This document shows, one piece after another, positions 30,301-45,300 of a stretch of DNA of 64,000 nucleotides. This DNA is from Perna viridis (taxonomy: Eukaryota). The notes below the pieces were generated by a model. It was not told where the DNA came from, made no database searches, and was given only the letters and a program-made list of their open reading frames with translations. A program made the position numbers and the translations under genes. Position 1 is the stretch's first letter; each line of letters begins with the position of its first letter. The stretch lies in NCBI GenBank assembly GCA_037379345.1, contig CM074520.1, positions 13,619,488 through 13,683,487 on the forward strand, written 5' to 3'.

Positions 30301-33300
30301 TCTTTCATAACATTTGTGACTGAATTCATGTTTTAATCAACCAAGAAATGGGTACCCCACTAACGTGCAACTTCCACCATACAGGCAAGACAAAGATTAA
30401 AACTTACCAACAGATTCTGTACCTATATGGGGCTGACTTATGGGTCCATCCTGGTGATGCATGTCTTTTCTACAATCATAAATATACACATTCAATATAC
30501 AGTGCAAGGAAAATCAAGGGAACCAGCATTTGGATGATATTCATAAGAATATAATAAAAGGATTACAACTAGACAGGAAAATTGACATACACAATATGAA
30601 ACAAGAAATGCTGTGGGCAAGCCCACAAAGAGAATACTCCAACTTCAAATGGACCTAAATGTAAAACCCTTGTTGGATTTATCTCCCTTTGGAGTCATCC
30701 AACAGTAATTATATTCCTTAATATAGAGGAAAACTATGACATAGTGAATAATTTTGTTCTCAATGTGCAGATAGATATACAATAAAGATCCACAAGTTCA
30801 TGATGATGACTTGAATCTTGTAGCAACATAAACCTGTGTCAAAACCAAGGATTTTTATGGTACAAAATTTTAGTAGTTTTTTTTATAACCAATTATATTA
30901 AATTGCAGCAATTGCAATTTAAGTTCTCAATTAGGAATTTTCCCCATTATAATGTGGACTTTTTTACAGTTTACAGAAGTTTTAATCTGACTTAGCTCTT
31001 AAGAACAAATTTTGCAGAGCAGTTGCCCAGCGTGAGAGACTTTGGTACTTGTACTGGTAGAACACAACAAGTATGTAGACCTACAATTTTTACAGGTATT
31101 TGAAAAGTACATGAATATTTAAGGTCAACTCATTCACACAAAGTTTCTTCATACAGGTATAAATTTACCTTTCCAGATAATGTTGTGGTCTGTCAGGTAA
31201 ATGGTTGGCAGATAAACCATCTACTTTAATTCTCTGTAGGGCAGCAACCTGACAAATAAATAAATAAAATTATTTCTTACTGACAATAAGATCATGTAAT
31301 TGTCATCTTACAAGGGCATTTACATAACCTCAATGATTTGACTTTAGCACACAACTAGGTTTTATTTTTCAGCATAGAATTTTTAATATTCATGTACATG
31401 CATTGAACAATGAAGCAGACTAAAAAAGCAACATGAGTGTTCCCTTCAAATTCGAAAGTATGTGACAATACAATACCTGTTCTGCAGATCCCATGGCTAG
31501 ACAGATCTGTAACTGACCAAACTGTGAACCATTCAAAGGATTTACAATAGGGAGGTAGTTATCTACAGCTATTACAGGGAACTATAAGTATAAAAAAGAC
31601 CTTGTGTTAAACATACTGATAAAAACACTGCAATGGTAGTAATTTACACTCAAAAGCAAACAAAGAAATAATTAATGGCAGTCTTGAAGATGTACCCAAC
31701 TTGCACACAGGTAAAGCATAGGCACACGATGGTTGATACATGTAATTGCTTTTAACACTAAATGGTTGTAAATCCTCCTCAATTTTACCTATCTTACATT
31801 CCCTCCATTAGATGACAGACCTAATGACTATTTCAAGTTAAGTTTTACCTTTTCATTAGACAAGGTTTTTACAAATAAAAGCATTATAATTTGAATATCA
31901 ATTAGTCTTACTATTTTTGATTTTGTCAAGATAATCATCAATTCATTTGACCTTAAAGACCTTAAAATTAAGAATAAGATATAGGACTAACTTGTGACTT
32001 TAGTAGAGTATTTGCTATCTTCTTATCCCTGAATGACATGTAAAACTGGTGTAAACTGATCTTTACAATACCAATCAGCTGAAACATACAGACAGACAGA
32101 TATAAAACATGTTCTAGTTTTATTGTCATTATAAAATTTATGTGGAATATCAGTCACGTGTCTACTTCAATTTATAAAACATTATACTGTATGAGATGCT
32201 ATCATATAAATTTTACATATTTTTATACCATTACATTGATGTAAGTATTGAACTCCTAACTTCATTTAACACTTATAAATTAAGTGTTTGGATAAATAAA
32301 TTCTTCAATCAATCATTTCATATACAACAAATATTTAATCCGTGGACATTAAATATTGCATCTTGTTACCATCTACTATTCAACAACATTAAAGCATTTA
32401 CCTACAACCAAAAATACAAGTATAACTGCATGAAATACATGTATGTTGTATTTGACAGGCATTACTTATGATAAATACTACAGCTAATACCAACCTGATC
32501 ATTTTCTGCAGAGGTCTTTTTATCCCAGACCTCTATAACCATAAAATTATTCTTCATCCTCTCCAGTAATGCTGTTGACATCAGCATTGGAGCAACCTAT
32601 AATATTCCAACATGACAATTTACACCCTCATGTAAATACAAAATATTTATGAGCCACTTGGCTGGTATTTCTAGAAAAGAAGAGGACACCTATCCTTCAA
32701 GTCCATGCTGTAAGTTTTTTTTGTGAAGCCCAGGTTTCTCATTTACCTTTGTTTCTTTGGATGCATTTTTTTTTGTTCTTTCATATTCTTTGATGTGTGT
32801 TTCTACTTTCATTGTCTGGTCTTTGTCTCTGAATTGCGTTTTTTTTTTAATCAATGTACTAATCAAGGTATTACCATGGGCAATATTTTTAGTAAAGTTA
32901 AAATTTAAAAAAATATGCCACACATCTTGTCAAATTATTGGGTTTGGTTATTCAGTATCACAGATGTAAAGATAGATGTACAATTCTACAAAGTTATATC
33001 AAAAATATGACTTCATCAGCAGTCTATTAGAGTGTTTGCACCTTAAGAAAATTTAAACCATCCACCAATGTTCCATAGTTCTAAACAAATTTTCCACTGC
33101 CTCTAACATGTTACAAAATTTCAATACTAATTAAATAAAAGAACAGCGTTCCAATGTCCCCTGCGAAAAAAAAAGTGCGGAAAATGTGGAAGGATGGACG
33201 GGCGCCCAGCATTTCCATGTCCCCTCGTGACACGCCCAAGCAAGGGACAATAATGCCTATCAAAGCTTATATGCTGACATTATAAACAAACCTGTGAGAA

Positions 33301-36300
33301 GTTGAAGAGTGGATCAAATGTTCCCCAGCATACATTGGAATGAACAGAGTCATCACACCAAAACATTCTACATGCAAGGTATGTATTTCTTACACTCATA
33401 TCCCTGGCCTTAACACCTACAATTATCAATGAACACTTATTAAAATCTAATATATCATATGATATAATAACATAATGCACCATGATTAAAAATTACATTT
33501 GTCATAATTATAGACTTTTTGGTAAACCCGGACTTTTAATGATTTCTGTGGATGGTAACAGCCATAATACACCTGTATATGATTAATCTGAAATATTTTC
33601 ATTGCTTTAGTCCTGACATTGAAGAGATCTATTTAACACTGCATTCTATGGCATTTGTTATATTTCAAATATTCACATACTCAAAAATATTTAGCCATTA
33701 AAATGTGTTGATCCTGACCTCTGACCTTGTTGAACTGGAATAGCCCAAATATATACCAGTTTTGCTAAGTAAAATGGTAACAATGGAGCTTGATATCTGT
33801 GATCATTTAAATATACAGAGGCAATATCTGTAAAAGTGCATTTACTTTAAAATTTACCTGGTGGAGATAAGGCATTGGGTTGGGGTGGAAATACTGGATG
33901 CCTTTTCATTGATACTAGTGATGGTATGCCCTGCGTTGAAATGTTTCTACCCTCAGATACCAGTAACAATGTGTGTAAAGTGACATGCTGGAAGAAATGA
34001 ATCGATTCAAATATTATATTGAAAGTCTCAGTTGTAATAATTATTTATGCAAAAAATCTATGAACATTTATGTTCCATATTTTTTAAAACCAATTAATTG
34101 ATATGTGGAAATGTGTTCACTTGAAAGAATCTTTTAAAAATTAATTGGTTTACAGTAGTCTCTGATACAACTAAAACATACAATACCTCATAATCTGTGT
34201 ATTGGGGTTGATAACTGATTTCTTTTGGCACTTGTTGAACACCTTGTGTCATGGGAGTGTTAGATATTACTGGTGGAGCTGTACCTGCATGCATATAAAT
34301 ATGTTTCATGTATCAAGCAGGATTGCCTAATGATATGTGTTCAGAAAATTAATTCACAAAAATAGCCATTAGTATTGATGTCAAGTTCTTTACCTATTCA
34401 AAAATTGTTTTCAAATAAAAAAAATTGCAGTACACATGATGACATTATCTAACATTTACAAAAAATAATAAACTGTAATCTACCAACAAGTTAAATACCC
34501 AGAAGAGTGTCAGAATAACAAGGCATTATTACCATAAATTTAGAGATCAGAGCATTGACTCATTGATCAGATTTGTCAACAAACTGCAAATGTAGTACAT
34601 CAAAATAACAGCTGAATTAGTTGCAGCATTAAAAACACCTCAATAATACCTTAATATTCAAAAGGTTTTTTATACTTACTAGTTTGTATATTAGGTTGTG
34701 CTGTTAAATGCTTTGGTTCTGGCTGTGTGTGAATTACGTTTTGTGAGGGTGCTGGTGGTGGACGAGGCTTTGAGGGAGCTGGGGCAGGAATTGGCACAAT
34801 CTTGGTTTTCCCTGACATCTCTGCAAGTTTGGTCCTTGCAAGGTGTGTTGAGAAGTCTTTACTATCAGATGCTAATTCAATAGACACCTGTAATGGAAGA
34901 ATTTCAGACACGTAATCATACCACAATGTACTTATCAAGGTGTCAAAAGGTCAAAACCACATACATTATCATATATATAGACCAGAGAAATTTTATCATA
35001 AAATGAAATTCAATACTATGAAGCAACTTTTCTCATGGACACATTTTTGAAAATTTTTAAAGAAAACTACAATTTCCAAGAATACTAAATTTTACCACTA
35101 ATAAAAATGTAGGTGTGTGAAAAGAATTAAATACATCAAGGATTCAGGACAAATATTTCCAGCAAAATTTTTGCAATCTCAATTTTATTGCATTTAAAGT
35201 GATTAATAGTAACACTTAACATACCTTTAAATTGCCATACAGGCCATCCATGTCACTTTTATGGACTGACGAGTTGATGGAAGAGTTTTTGTTGGTAGAT
35301 TCTCTGACCTCTAGTTCTTTGTCAACAAACAGTGATTCTGATTTTAACACAGACTTCATTGGAATACCACAACTTCCAATCAATGAGGGCTGAAAAAATC
35401 ATGAGTTTAATTAACAAAGGAAACCATCTCCTTAATTCATGTACATACATTAAATATATTTAAAACATATAAGCATGCAATACAAGTAAATAGTTCTGCT
35501 AACATTTATATGTGTTCCCTTTTTTTAATCATCAAAGATCTGATAATATATCTTATAAAAAGTCATTTAAATCCTTTTATTGTATTTTTCAATTTTATTA
35601 TGATTTTTGGAGAAATAGACAAATAGAGGTACATTTTCATCAAAGAAGAGATTAGATTAAAAAAAATTAAGATTTTCATCTCATTTGAGACATAGTTAAA
35701 ACATTAATGAGAGTAGATAAATGAACAGCTTCTTACCACTTTCTGTCCTGCAGATCTGGCATACACTTTGAATACCAAAGCTGACTTCCACCAATTGTCT
35801 ATAGCATTACCATCAAACATGATAGGGAAGACAGAGCGATGGTTAAACTGTACCACTGGGAAGTATGAAGTATTGAACAATTATTACACTGGGAAGTATG
35901 ACGTATTGAACAATTATTACACTGGGAAGTATGACGAATACAACAATTATTACAGTGGGAAGTATGACGTATACAACAATTATTACACTGGGAAGTATGA
36001 CGTATTGAACAATTATTACACTGGGAAGTATGACGTATTGAACAATTATTACACTGGGAAGTATGACGTATTGAACAATTATTACACTGGGAAGTATGAC
36101 GTATACAACAATTATTACACTGGGAAGTATGACGTATACAACAATTATTACACTGGGAAGTATGACGTATTGAACAATTATTACACTGGAAAGTATGACG
36201 TATAGAACAATTATTACACTGGGAAGTATGAAGTATAGAACAATTATTACACTGGGAAGTATGACGTATACAACAATTATTACACTGGGAAGTATGACGT

Positions 36301-39300
36301 ATTGAACAATTATTAAGTCAATCTGTATAAAAGGGGAGTAATCACATTTGCATATGTGTATGTGTGTGTGTGTGTGTGTGCTTATGTTTTTATTTCTGTT
36401 TGAATTTTTAAGTATGGTTCTGCCTAAAAACCAGGCAGGGTGTGATTCATCATATGTCAAGATAATCAAATTTTCAAATACATTTGAGAGATCCTGAAAA
36501 CAACTCTTCCTATGTTTTTTTTCCTTGGATCTGCTACATGTGGTGAAATATTTTTTGACTGGTTAAAGTGTAAAAATTCTGGCAGGAAATTTTCCCATAC
36601 TTTTATGTAGTAGAGCGTAACAAAATTTTAGTGTTAACATCTAAGGGTGGGCAACTTTCATCTGTAATTTTATTTTCAGGTACAGTTTCTATGAGAACTA
36701 CTGAAGGATTTCCAATCAAAAATATTTGGGATGAACTATATGAATCAGTCATGGCGAAATTCATCGGACTGTCGGACATGACCGGTACTTTTAGCTTCCG
36801 ATCCGGTAAAATTTGTGTGATTTCCGGACCAGATGTCCGGTAAGTTTTTTTTATTAGACAAGCTTCAACCAGAACTTCTGGTTTAAAGATGGCGTCTGAA
36901 TCGCGGAAAATTTTTAATTTTTTTTGGTCCGGCAGATAATTGTTCGGTCCAGTAGATTTTGTTAAGTTGCCTGACCAAATGTCCAACAGGTTGGAAAATG
37001 ATTTCGCCAGGTCTTATGAATTACTAATCATATGCTTCTGTCTGGTTTTAAGACAGAGCTACCCTTAAAAGGTGAACATCAGTATTTCTCTTTACTTAAA
37101 AAATACGCAAACAATAAGAAAATATTGATGGCCAGAATGTGTCCTTTTCAACACTATTATCCATAGACACATTCAATCTAACATATTTTCAACAGAAAAA
37201 TTTCACTTCAGAATAACTTTTGAAAAAAGAATATTCCTGTTTATGCTGTATTTTCTGCACTTTAATCTAAAATTTACATTGTCATTTAAAACAAGGTAAT
37301 TAAAAAATCATCAACTTACATCCATTATTTACATTCTTTGATGCTACCCTCATAACTTCTGTAGCCAGAGCATTTGGAGAATATTTGTCCCTAGATGTTG
37401 CTACAACAGGAAACTGGTATTCGATAAAGAATGTCCTGAAAAACAAAGATCATAACATTACACTTACCTAGATGAACTCTTTGAAGGACACATTAAAATG
37501 GATGAATAAAAAGTCAAATATAAGAGTACACCCACAATTTGGATTAGAACTCATGTTTGTAAGGCCACCTACTATTTGTACATTTGTGCAGTTTTCTTTT
37601 TTTTTTTTGAAAGTTGGACTTCTTTTACCCTGATTTTTTCTCTATATACTTAGAAAATGATATCCGTAAATCTGCATATAAATGAACACACATTTTTTGC
37701 ATATTTTCTGTAATAAAAGTCTAGAAAGAACTCACATAGACTTTTTGCCTTTTGGAGAGGGTTTTGGTGGCTTGCCTACAGTTTTAAATTTGAAGCCTCT
37801 TTTTGAGGATGATGATGTGTTCAGCTCCTGTCCAGTCAAGTGTAAGACATCTATTGAAACTCTTGCCACATGAACTCTACCAAGCAATGTCAGTCTTTCC
37901 ACACTTAAACCATCTACCTTCTTTTTCTTTGATTGCTCATCTGAAGTGCACAAACAATTCAAAATAGCATTTTAACAATACTGTTTGATGGAAATTAACT
38001 TATAATACTTCAAAATGCTACAAAATAATTTTAAAAACCCCACCTTATTTTGCTAAATGAATTAACGTCGAACACTACAAAGAGAAATTTTAACATTTTT
38101 TCCTTTAGTTTTGGCAGCATTGACCAAACAGTTTTCCATAGTGTTGGCAAAATCTTTGCTTTCACTCTCCTTTTACCTACCATATTCAGGCTCATCGAGA
38201 TCTGAGGCAGGTAAATCAAATGACACTTGTGAAATCTCAGATCGTGGTGTACATGCTCTTTCACTGTCACTGTACTCGCTAGCACTACTACGAGCACTGC
38301 TTCTTGACCGTCTACGTTTTTTACTTCCTGTTCTCTTCATTTTCAATCTTGCTTTTCTCTTTGGTGTCTTTGGTCGTTTCTTTGATTTGTTTTCCTTTTC
38401 TTCGACTTCTTCACTAGGTGGAATGTTCATACTGGATATGGACGATCTTCTTGAGGGAGGTCGCTGAAAATGAAAAAGTGTCAGATTAGGAAAGATATGT
38501 TAACTTTCATCAATTTGAAAGTTTATTTGAACAAACTACAAATAAAATTTTTAAAAATCATATTTGTTTAAATTTTCATGGTTTGTGGAATCTTTGTTCA
38601 CAAAAGGTAAAACATGGATCGGCCTTTGATATTAACTGACCTGATTAGCTGGATCCTCTATAGATGCCATACTGGTGTTACTTTTGCTAGATTTGGACTT
38701 CTTCAAATCAATCTCATCACCACTCAGACCACTAAGTTCGCTTGTCTCTGACTCCTATAAATAACATTCAATATATTGGTAATGTTTTTTTTTCTCCATA
38801 ATATTACGAGAATTTCTGAGAACATTTTGGTTTTTGGATCTTCTATACCAGAGAATACTGAATCTATGAAAACCTAAGGACACATTTCATTCACATTTTA
38901 AAATCACCATTTGTAGATGAAACATGGTGTTCAAACAAGTATCATAGGTAGAAAATAAATACATGCTCAGTTAAAGGACACAATAATTATACCAATATAA
39001 AAACACAGATTCCAGGACACTCTGTACAAATATTTTCTTCAGGGCTTACTTTCTGTATACTCTTTCAAGATATAACAGTCAAATTTTCTTATTTTTATAT
39101 TCTTCACTTACTGGATTTCTATAGAACAATTCCTGAAGAATAGATTCACTGTGTATTGGATCTCCTGGATCACTGATCAGATCTATATCTCCAGATATAC
39201 TTGATCCAGGACTGCCATTCATCATCATCTGGTAATACATAATATAAAAAATTAGATTTAAATGATTTTATATTAAGTATTGATATACCTCATAAAAAAA

Positions 39301-42300
39301 GTATAATCCAACATATATTATTAACTCAAGACATTTTGAAAAAAATATCAATGGTGGTTTCCATGGAAATTAACACTGTCATGAATTGTCTCCCTTAGTC
39401 AATTAACCATGATTTTGAAACAACAATACTGAGAATTTTATAACAAAATTAGAACTGTTATAACACTTCCATGAAAATGGAAAAGCAACAACCAAGTTGT
39501 AAAATATAGATAGAAATTATTACTGTTTTAATTGTAAGACTTACATTGTAATCAAAGCCACCAGTACCACCAAACAACAAATCCACAGCTCTAGAGTCTA
39601 AAGCTGATAGGTCAACTTCTTTCTCCTGGTCCTTCTTCAATATCTCTCTGAACAGGCTACCAGTTGATCCTCGCCTAAAATAACATGTACAAACATTATG
39701 ACATTATAAGTAATTTAAAAACTATGAAATTATAATAAAAATATATTTTTGATCAAATTTTCTTAAGGATATTAATGTCAATTAATTCCTTTCACATATA
39801 CTGGTTATATAGTACAGTGGTAAATAACAAAAGTAACAACTTATTTTACTGAATACTGTATTTTCATGAGTGGTTTTGAAATAACTGCAAAAATATTCTA
39901 AGCACTTTATTTTTACCTTTCAGATAACCCAGATACATCAACTCCATTCATACTGACATCAGGACCATTTATTACTTTAGGAACTGTCTCCTTATCTTCA
40001 ATACTTGATATAACCATCTGGTCTCTAAGTTTGTTACCCCTCTCCAATAGAACCGATAATAAGTTCCTGTCTTTCCCAGGCTTTGATGGACTACCTCCTA
40101 AACGTTCAAAATAAAGTTGGTTTCAGACAAAGAAAACAATGTATTCTTCTTGTTTGGCTGTGGTAAGCTCCATAATAAAATATGTGATTATTCTTCATGC
40201 ACTTGAATCAATTCAGGTGAGATTCATTGTTATAACAAATAATTCAACATGAAAGGGGACTTAATAATTGTGTGCACTGATAAGTTATGGAACTTTGAGA
40301 ACAAGATTAGTCATCATATACTGCCATTAACCTACCTTTTTGTTTTGGCTTTTTATTCTTTGAATTCTGATCCAGAAAGCTAAGGTCAGTCGTAACAACA
40401 TCACCATTGGTTGTTATGGCAACAGTGCTACCTGACTTGACTGGTGGTAAGTTATTGCTAGGTAATTCATTAATGCTGTAGTTAAGTTTCTGTCGTAGGT
40501 CAGAGGCATAGTCTGTAAATCCATTAGCCATACCATTTTCATTCTATGGAAAACAATAACAAAATTAATACCATGGCTTATCCTCATCTCTGTAGTCTTT
40601 CACTAGTTCAAAAGAACTCAGGTATGTTGAAGAAGCACAATCATTATTCAACATAGAGTTTGGTCACAATAAGTTTTTTTTTAATTGTGAAGATAATGTC
40701 ATTTTTTTAACCTTTTCATTCTTGTTATTGTGTATAACAAAAAAGGCCATTTCAAACTATACAAAACAGATAAAAAACATGATTTTTTTTTATCCATATT
40801 TAAAATCAGCAAGAAAACAAAATGGCAGTAAAAGAGTGAGAACAACACTAGAAACTAATATCTAAAAGTTGGTAGATACTTTATTTTGTGTTTCAGATTG
40901 TTTTTCAACTAAGGCAACTTATTTCTGCTATGAACTAGTGAACAAGTGTGAAATTATTGAGGGACATTTTGTATTTTCAGATCTTTCAACAATTCTTATT
41001 TTAAGATTATGTTAAATTACAAAAATAAATATCAACCATAAACTAAGTAGGTAGTAATCTCATATGTGCTAATTAGTACCTGATGTGAAGCTGGAGATAT
41101 AAAAGGGTCATCAACTGGTTTCTGTGGAGCCTGAGAATGGGGGACTGGTTGATGTCTTTGTGGATACATTGATTCCTGAGTGGCTTGAGTCTCAAAACTG
41201 ATATCAGTTGTTGGAACAGAACCATTGCTATCATATGATGCTGAAAAATACAAAGAAACATGAAACAGGAAGTTGATCAACCAAAATCGCTTACAGCAAA
41301 TGCCCCATCTATATATATACCCACATTCCAAATTAAGAATCAATCCACCAAATGGTGGACAAAATTCAGATGCATAAACAAAATGATGAGAAGGACAAGG
41401 CCTGTCCTTCCTATTCCATCCACTAGTTGACTGAGGATATAATGGGTTTTGGACAACTTGCATGTCAATGTTAACAACATATAGATTTCAAGCCAGTAAA
41501 ATAATTGGCTATTGTTTTAAGTACAGTCTATATGCACTGCCTGTAGTTAAGTGAGTAGAAAAATCCTCAGAACAAACGATGCTTTTATGATCTACATATC
41601 TTATATTTTTACGTGACATTATTCCTTTCTGTATTTGGGTCTGTACTATTAGTTTGAGAAAACTACACTAATTTCCCACTAAAATCTAACATATTCAAGA
41701 ATGATAACTCTTGCAAGATGCTAATTTCATGTACAATTTATATACATTTCATCTCAAAACTCAAAATCCAAATGAAAAACTAAGACTGGTTATGCAGTCT
41801 ACAGCTGTTTCTAAACAAGAAATGAAATAAAAGTGATTTGGTGGATCATGAATACAGTAAATAAAGAGTAACAAACCATAATATTAAATTGGGAACAAGC
41901 TGTCAATAAATATGGACCACTAGTCTATAAAACATACTATTATCATACATGTATATTACATAAGCATATTTCATGATTTTGGTAAAAAATGTTAATCTTT
42001 GTCAGTAACACATCAATTCACTTATATAAAATATTACCCATCAGAGATTCTAACACCAGAGCTACTTGTATTTCTGCTATCTTCTCGTCTTGATCTGTGA
42101 ATACTGGGAAAAACCTGAATCAAAACAAAAAATCCAGGAATGACATCACTTAAGATTAATACCAGATGTAAATCTCTCTTAATCTGAAGGTTTGCTGTCA
42201 CCATAATACTTGAGGCATACAAGACTAGTTCTAGCTATGAGTGTTGTTATGATCTAATAACCACATTCATCAGGTGGAGCAGTTAACAATAAGAAACATA

Positions 42301-45300
42301 TTGAATGAGTCAAAGTCAAAGACTTTTTCTGAATTCCATACAAAATAATTTGTTTTAGCATGGATTTTTATAGTAAATATAGAAATTTTACCAAAAATAA
42401 ATCGAGCTTAATTCCCATTTATGAGTTTATTAACCAACAATTACAAATTACATTTACTTGAAAATATGAGGGATGAGTATGAATAAATCTCGCCATGCAA
42501 AATTCAATGAGAAGGTGTGAGATTCCAATTCTGTCAACTATAAAAAGCCTTGGTTTTAGAAATAACTGTCAGACTGACATGCTACAAATAAAACCTGAAC
42601 TAAACAATATCAGATGGCATCATTTACAGGCACCAGCCATGGACATGGAGTAGCGGTCACAAATAACATCATACATGTTAGCATTTGTATTTAGTTTTCT
42701 ATGACTTTGCATGAAAACTGAAGAATAAATTCTTTAAATTTAGAGGTCAATAGTTGTATTTGATACACAAAGTCTTCAACTGCAATGAGCTGGTTTATGT
42801 ACTTGTAAAAATGTTCATTTTTAACACATCTGACTATACAAATGCCAACACTGGTAGTCATAAAATACATTAAAAACAAAGTTTAAAAATCCATCATACC
42901 CATTAACAGGACGGCTAGGTGACAATTGTCCAATTTGGGTAACTTCTGCATAGCCGACAGGAATCAATAATGGACCATTCAATACTTCTAGTATTATACT
43001 GCCCATATCACTAAGATATGAGGCAAACTGTTTAGGACCAGATCTAATTGGGTAACGGGCAACTGTTTTACACTGTGATTTATCATTTTTCTTCACATCA
43101 AGTGGTCTGTAAACAGAAAGTTTTATTTTTCAAATTAATATTTAGACACTTTTTATGACCATGCAGGTGAATGAAAAAAAATCCATGTAGAATGTCTTAC
43201 TGTTGTATCTTTTGTATCAAACTATAACAGTAATGTAGTAGGATTCAGTTTTCCTTTCTTAATGTTTTGAAAAGAATGTTTCTGTATTTGCTCAATTAAA
43301 AAAAAATGATGATATTCTGTCAGTGTGTCCTGCAATAAACTTTCATCTGCCTTAGGTTAACTTAAATACCTCTCATTAGAAGTCAATAACTTGATTGTTG
43401 AAACATGTTTGACTTTAACTTGAATATCTGACCTACCAATGAACCATTATTTTGTAGACATATTTGTATGTTTTACCTAAACAATGCCCCATCACTATCT
43501 TCTCCCCACCATTTTACTCGGACATGGGTAACTTCTGGTGGACTTGGAGAAATCCACACAATCTGTTGTATTGATAATCTCAGGAAGCATCTCAATTGTC
43601 CTTCAACCTGGGGAGGTAACCCTGTATGAACTTGTACATCCTCTTTCTGCCATTGTTCACCTTAAAAGCATATATTCATACATATAAATAATTCCATTAC
43701 AATTAACCACGCTAACACAGTTTAGATTAGAAAGAAGAAAGTTTCAAACTCAAAAAAAATATAAAATTGTCATAAATGTTAAAAAGAAAACAGAGAAATA
43801 TAGTATTTTGAGAAAAAAGTTGTTGCCAAGAGACTACAGGTTTATTTTCATGACAGGACAACACAAAATGTCTAATCCTACATTGAATGTGAAAAAAAAA
43901 ATTGTACTAACTAAACAATTGTAAAAAAGTTCTACAGTTTGGGCCAAATGGGGGATTTACAACAAAACTTCATTTTGAATTGGTTAACACAATTTTTGTA
44001 CTTATTAATGTATTAAAATTTAAGATGATAACTATATCACCATGGGTGATAAGAAGGTTACATTATGATGGTTAAGGAATGAAATTTAACAACTGACCTT
44101 TAAATCAGTGAGTCTAATTTCAGCCTTGCAAAAAGTAAATAATTCCTGTACATATGCAGCAGTAAGATGACCCACATCACAAGACAGATAACCTTGTGCA
44201 TGATGATCAGAAAGAATAGTAGAGACCAAATATCCAGTAATGATTAGGATAGTGAGGATACCATAGCTATGATTTGATCTTTATTTAAGTCAGAATACTT
44301 TAGTTCATGAATTGTTTTTGAAAAAAAATCATTTGAAAAAAGTGCTGTATATTCTTAATCAGCCCCTGAATTTATTCTTTTCCAGCTGGTCTACAGTCAA
44401 GTACCTAAGATTAACTGAAGTAATGCCTAGGATAAGGTAGACAGGGACTGCTCTAGCCTAAACAGTTCTAATACTAGCAAGACATATCAAGATCCTAATA
44501 GATAATGTCTTCATCATATTAATCCTAACTAATTCAACCTATGACCTATGAATCATTGAGAGCTTGATTTCAATCAGAGAAGATAGAAAAAAAATTCTGT
44601 GCATAATCAGGAATGAATTTGAAAAATCACAAAACTAGACTGAATACCTTATGAATTGGCTATGTCAGCTAGTGGTACTATAGTCAAAAACAAAGTTCCT
44701 GTGCCAGGGTATGACGCTAACTTTTCTTGCTACGTGTACATAGCCTTTAGGAATTTCTTATAAATAAATTAGGTAGTCCTCAAAATTATTTGGAGATCCT
44801 ATCTTTAGGACTCATAAAATTTTAAGAATTAATTCCTTTGGACTACCAATTAAGGTTTTAAGGTAATATTCTCTCAAAATTGAGTAGGCACAGGACTACC
44901 GCAGCAGTGGTAGTTGAACCCTGAGCACAGTGCTGGATAGGTGTTCGTGATGATAAGACTTTCATACCAAATATAATAGTGTTACAGTTAAATGATTTCA
45001 AATTCAAAATGATGTGATGATAAGTCCTTCATACCAAATATAATAGTGTTACAGTTAAAGGATTTCATATTCAAAATGCAATATTAAAGTTGATGAACGT
45101 TACTTTTATGTGCTATGAAACAGTGATGATAGTTTTTTTATTGTTTACTAAACCCTGGTTCATGACCTCACTTTGTCAACCTGAGAGATATCTGATGACT
45201 GTGCATGCTCCAATAAATTGTATGCAGGTGTAAATAAAATAATTATTTCATTTGTTTATTTTTTTCAAATTAAATATCAATGTACTTTGAGTATTTTCAC

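Noticed and set aside
32690-32923. Lys-rich minus-strand ORF inside C2CD3 as an extra exon
   Set aside because: The flanking exons join in phase as FNFSQ|VAPM, matching human FNFSQV. The segment lies in repeat-like intronic DNA.
35768-36469. Overlapping repetitive ORFs ([11 protein letters not shown] repeats on +, [11 protein letters not shown] repeats on -); the + one superficially resembles Tyr/Lys/Gly/Asn-rich mussel adhesive proteins
   Set aside because: Both are by-products of the 33-bp minisatellite. The + ORF has no signal peptide, starts at a non-ATG codon antisense within a C2CD3 exon, and later copies contain stops.
36603-36986. 127-aa ORF
   Set aside because: Lies across the GC-richer MITE and has no coding hallmarks.
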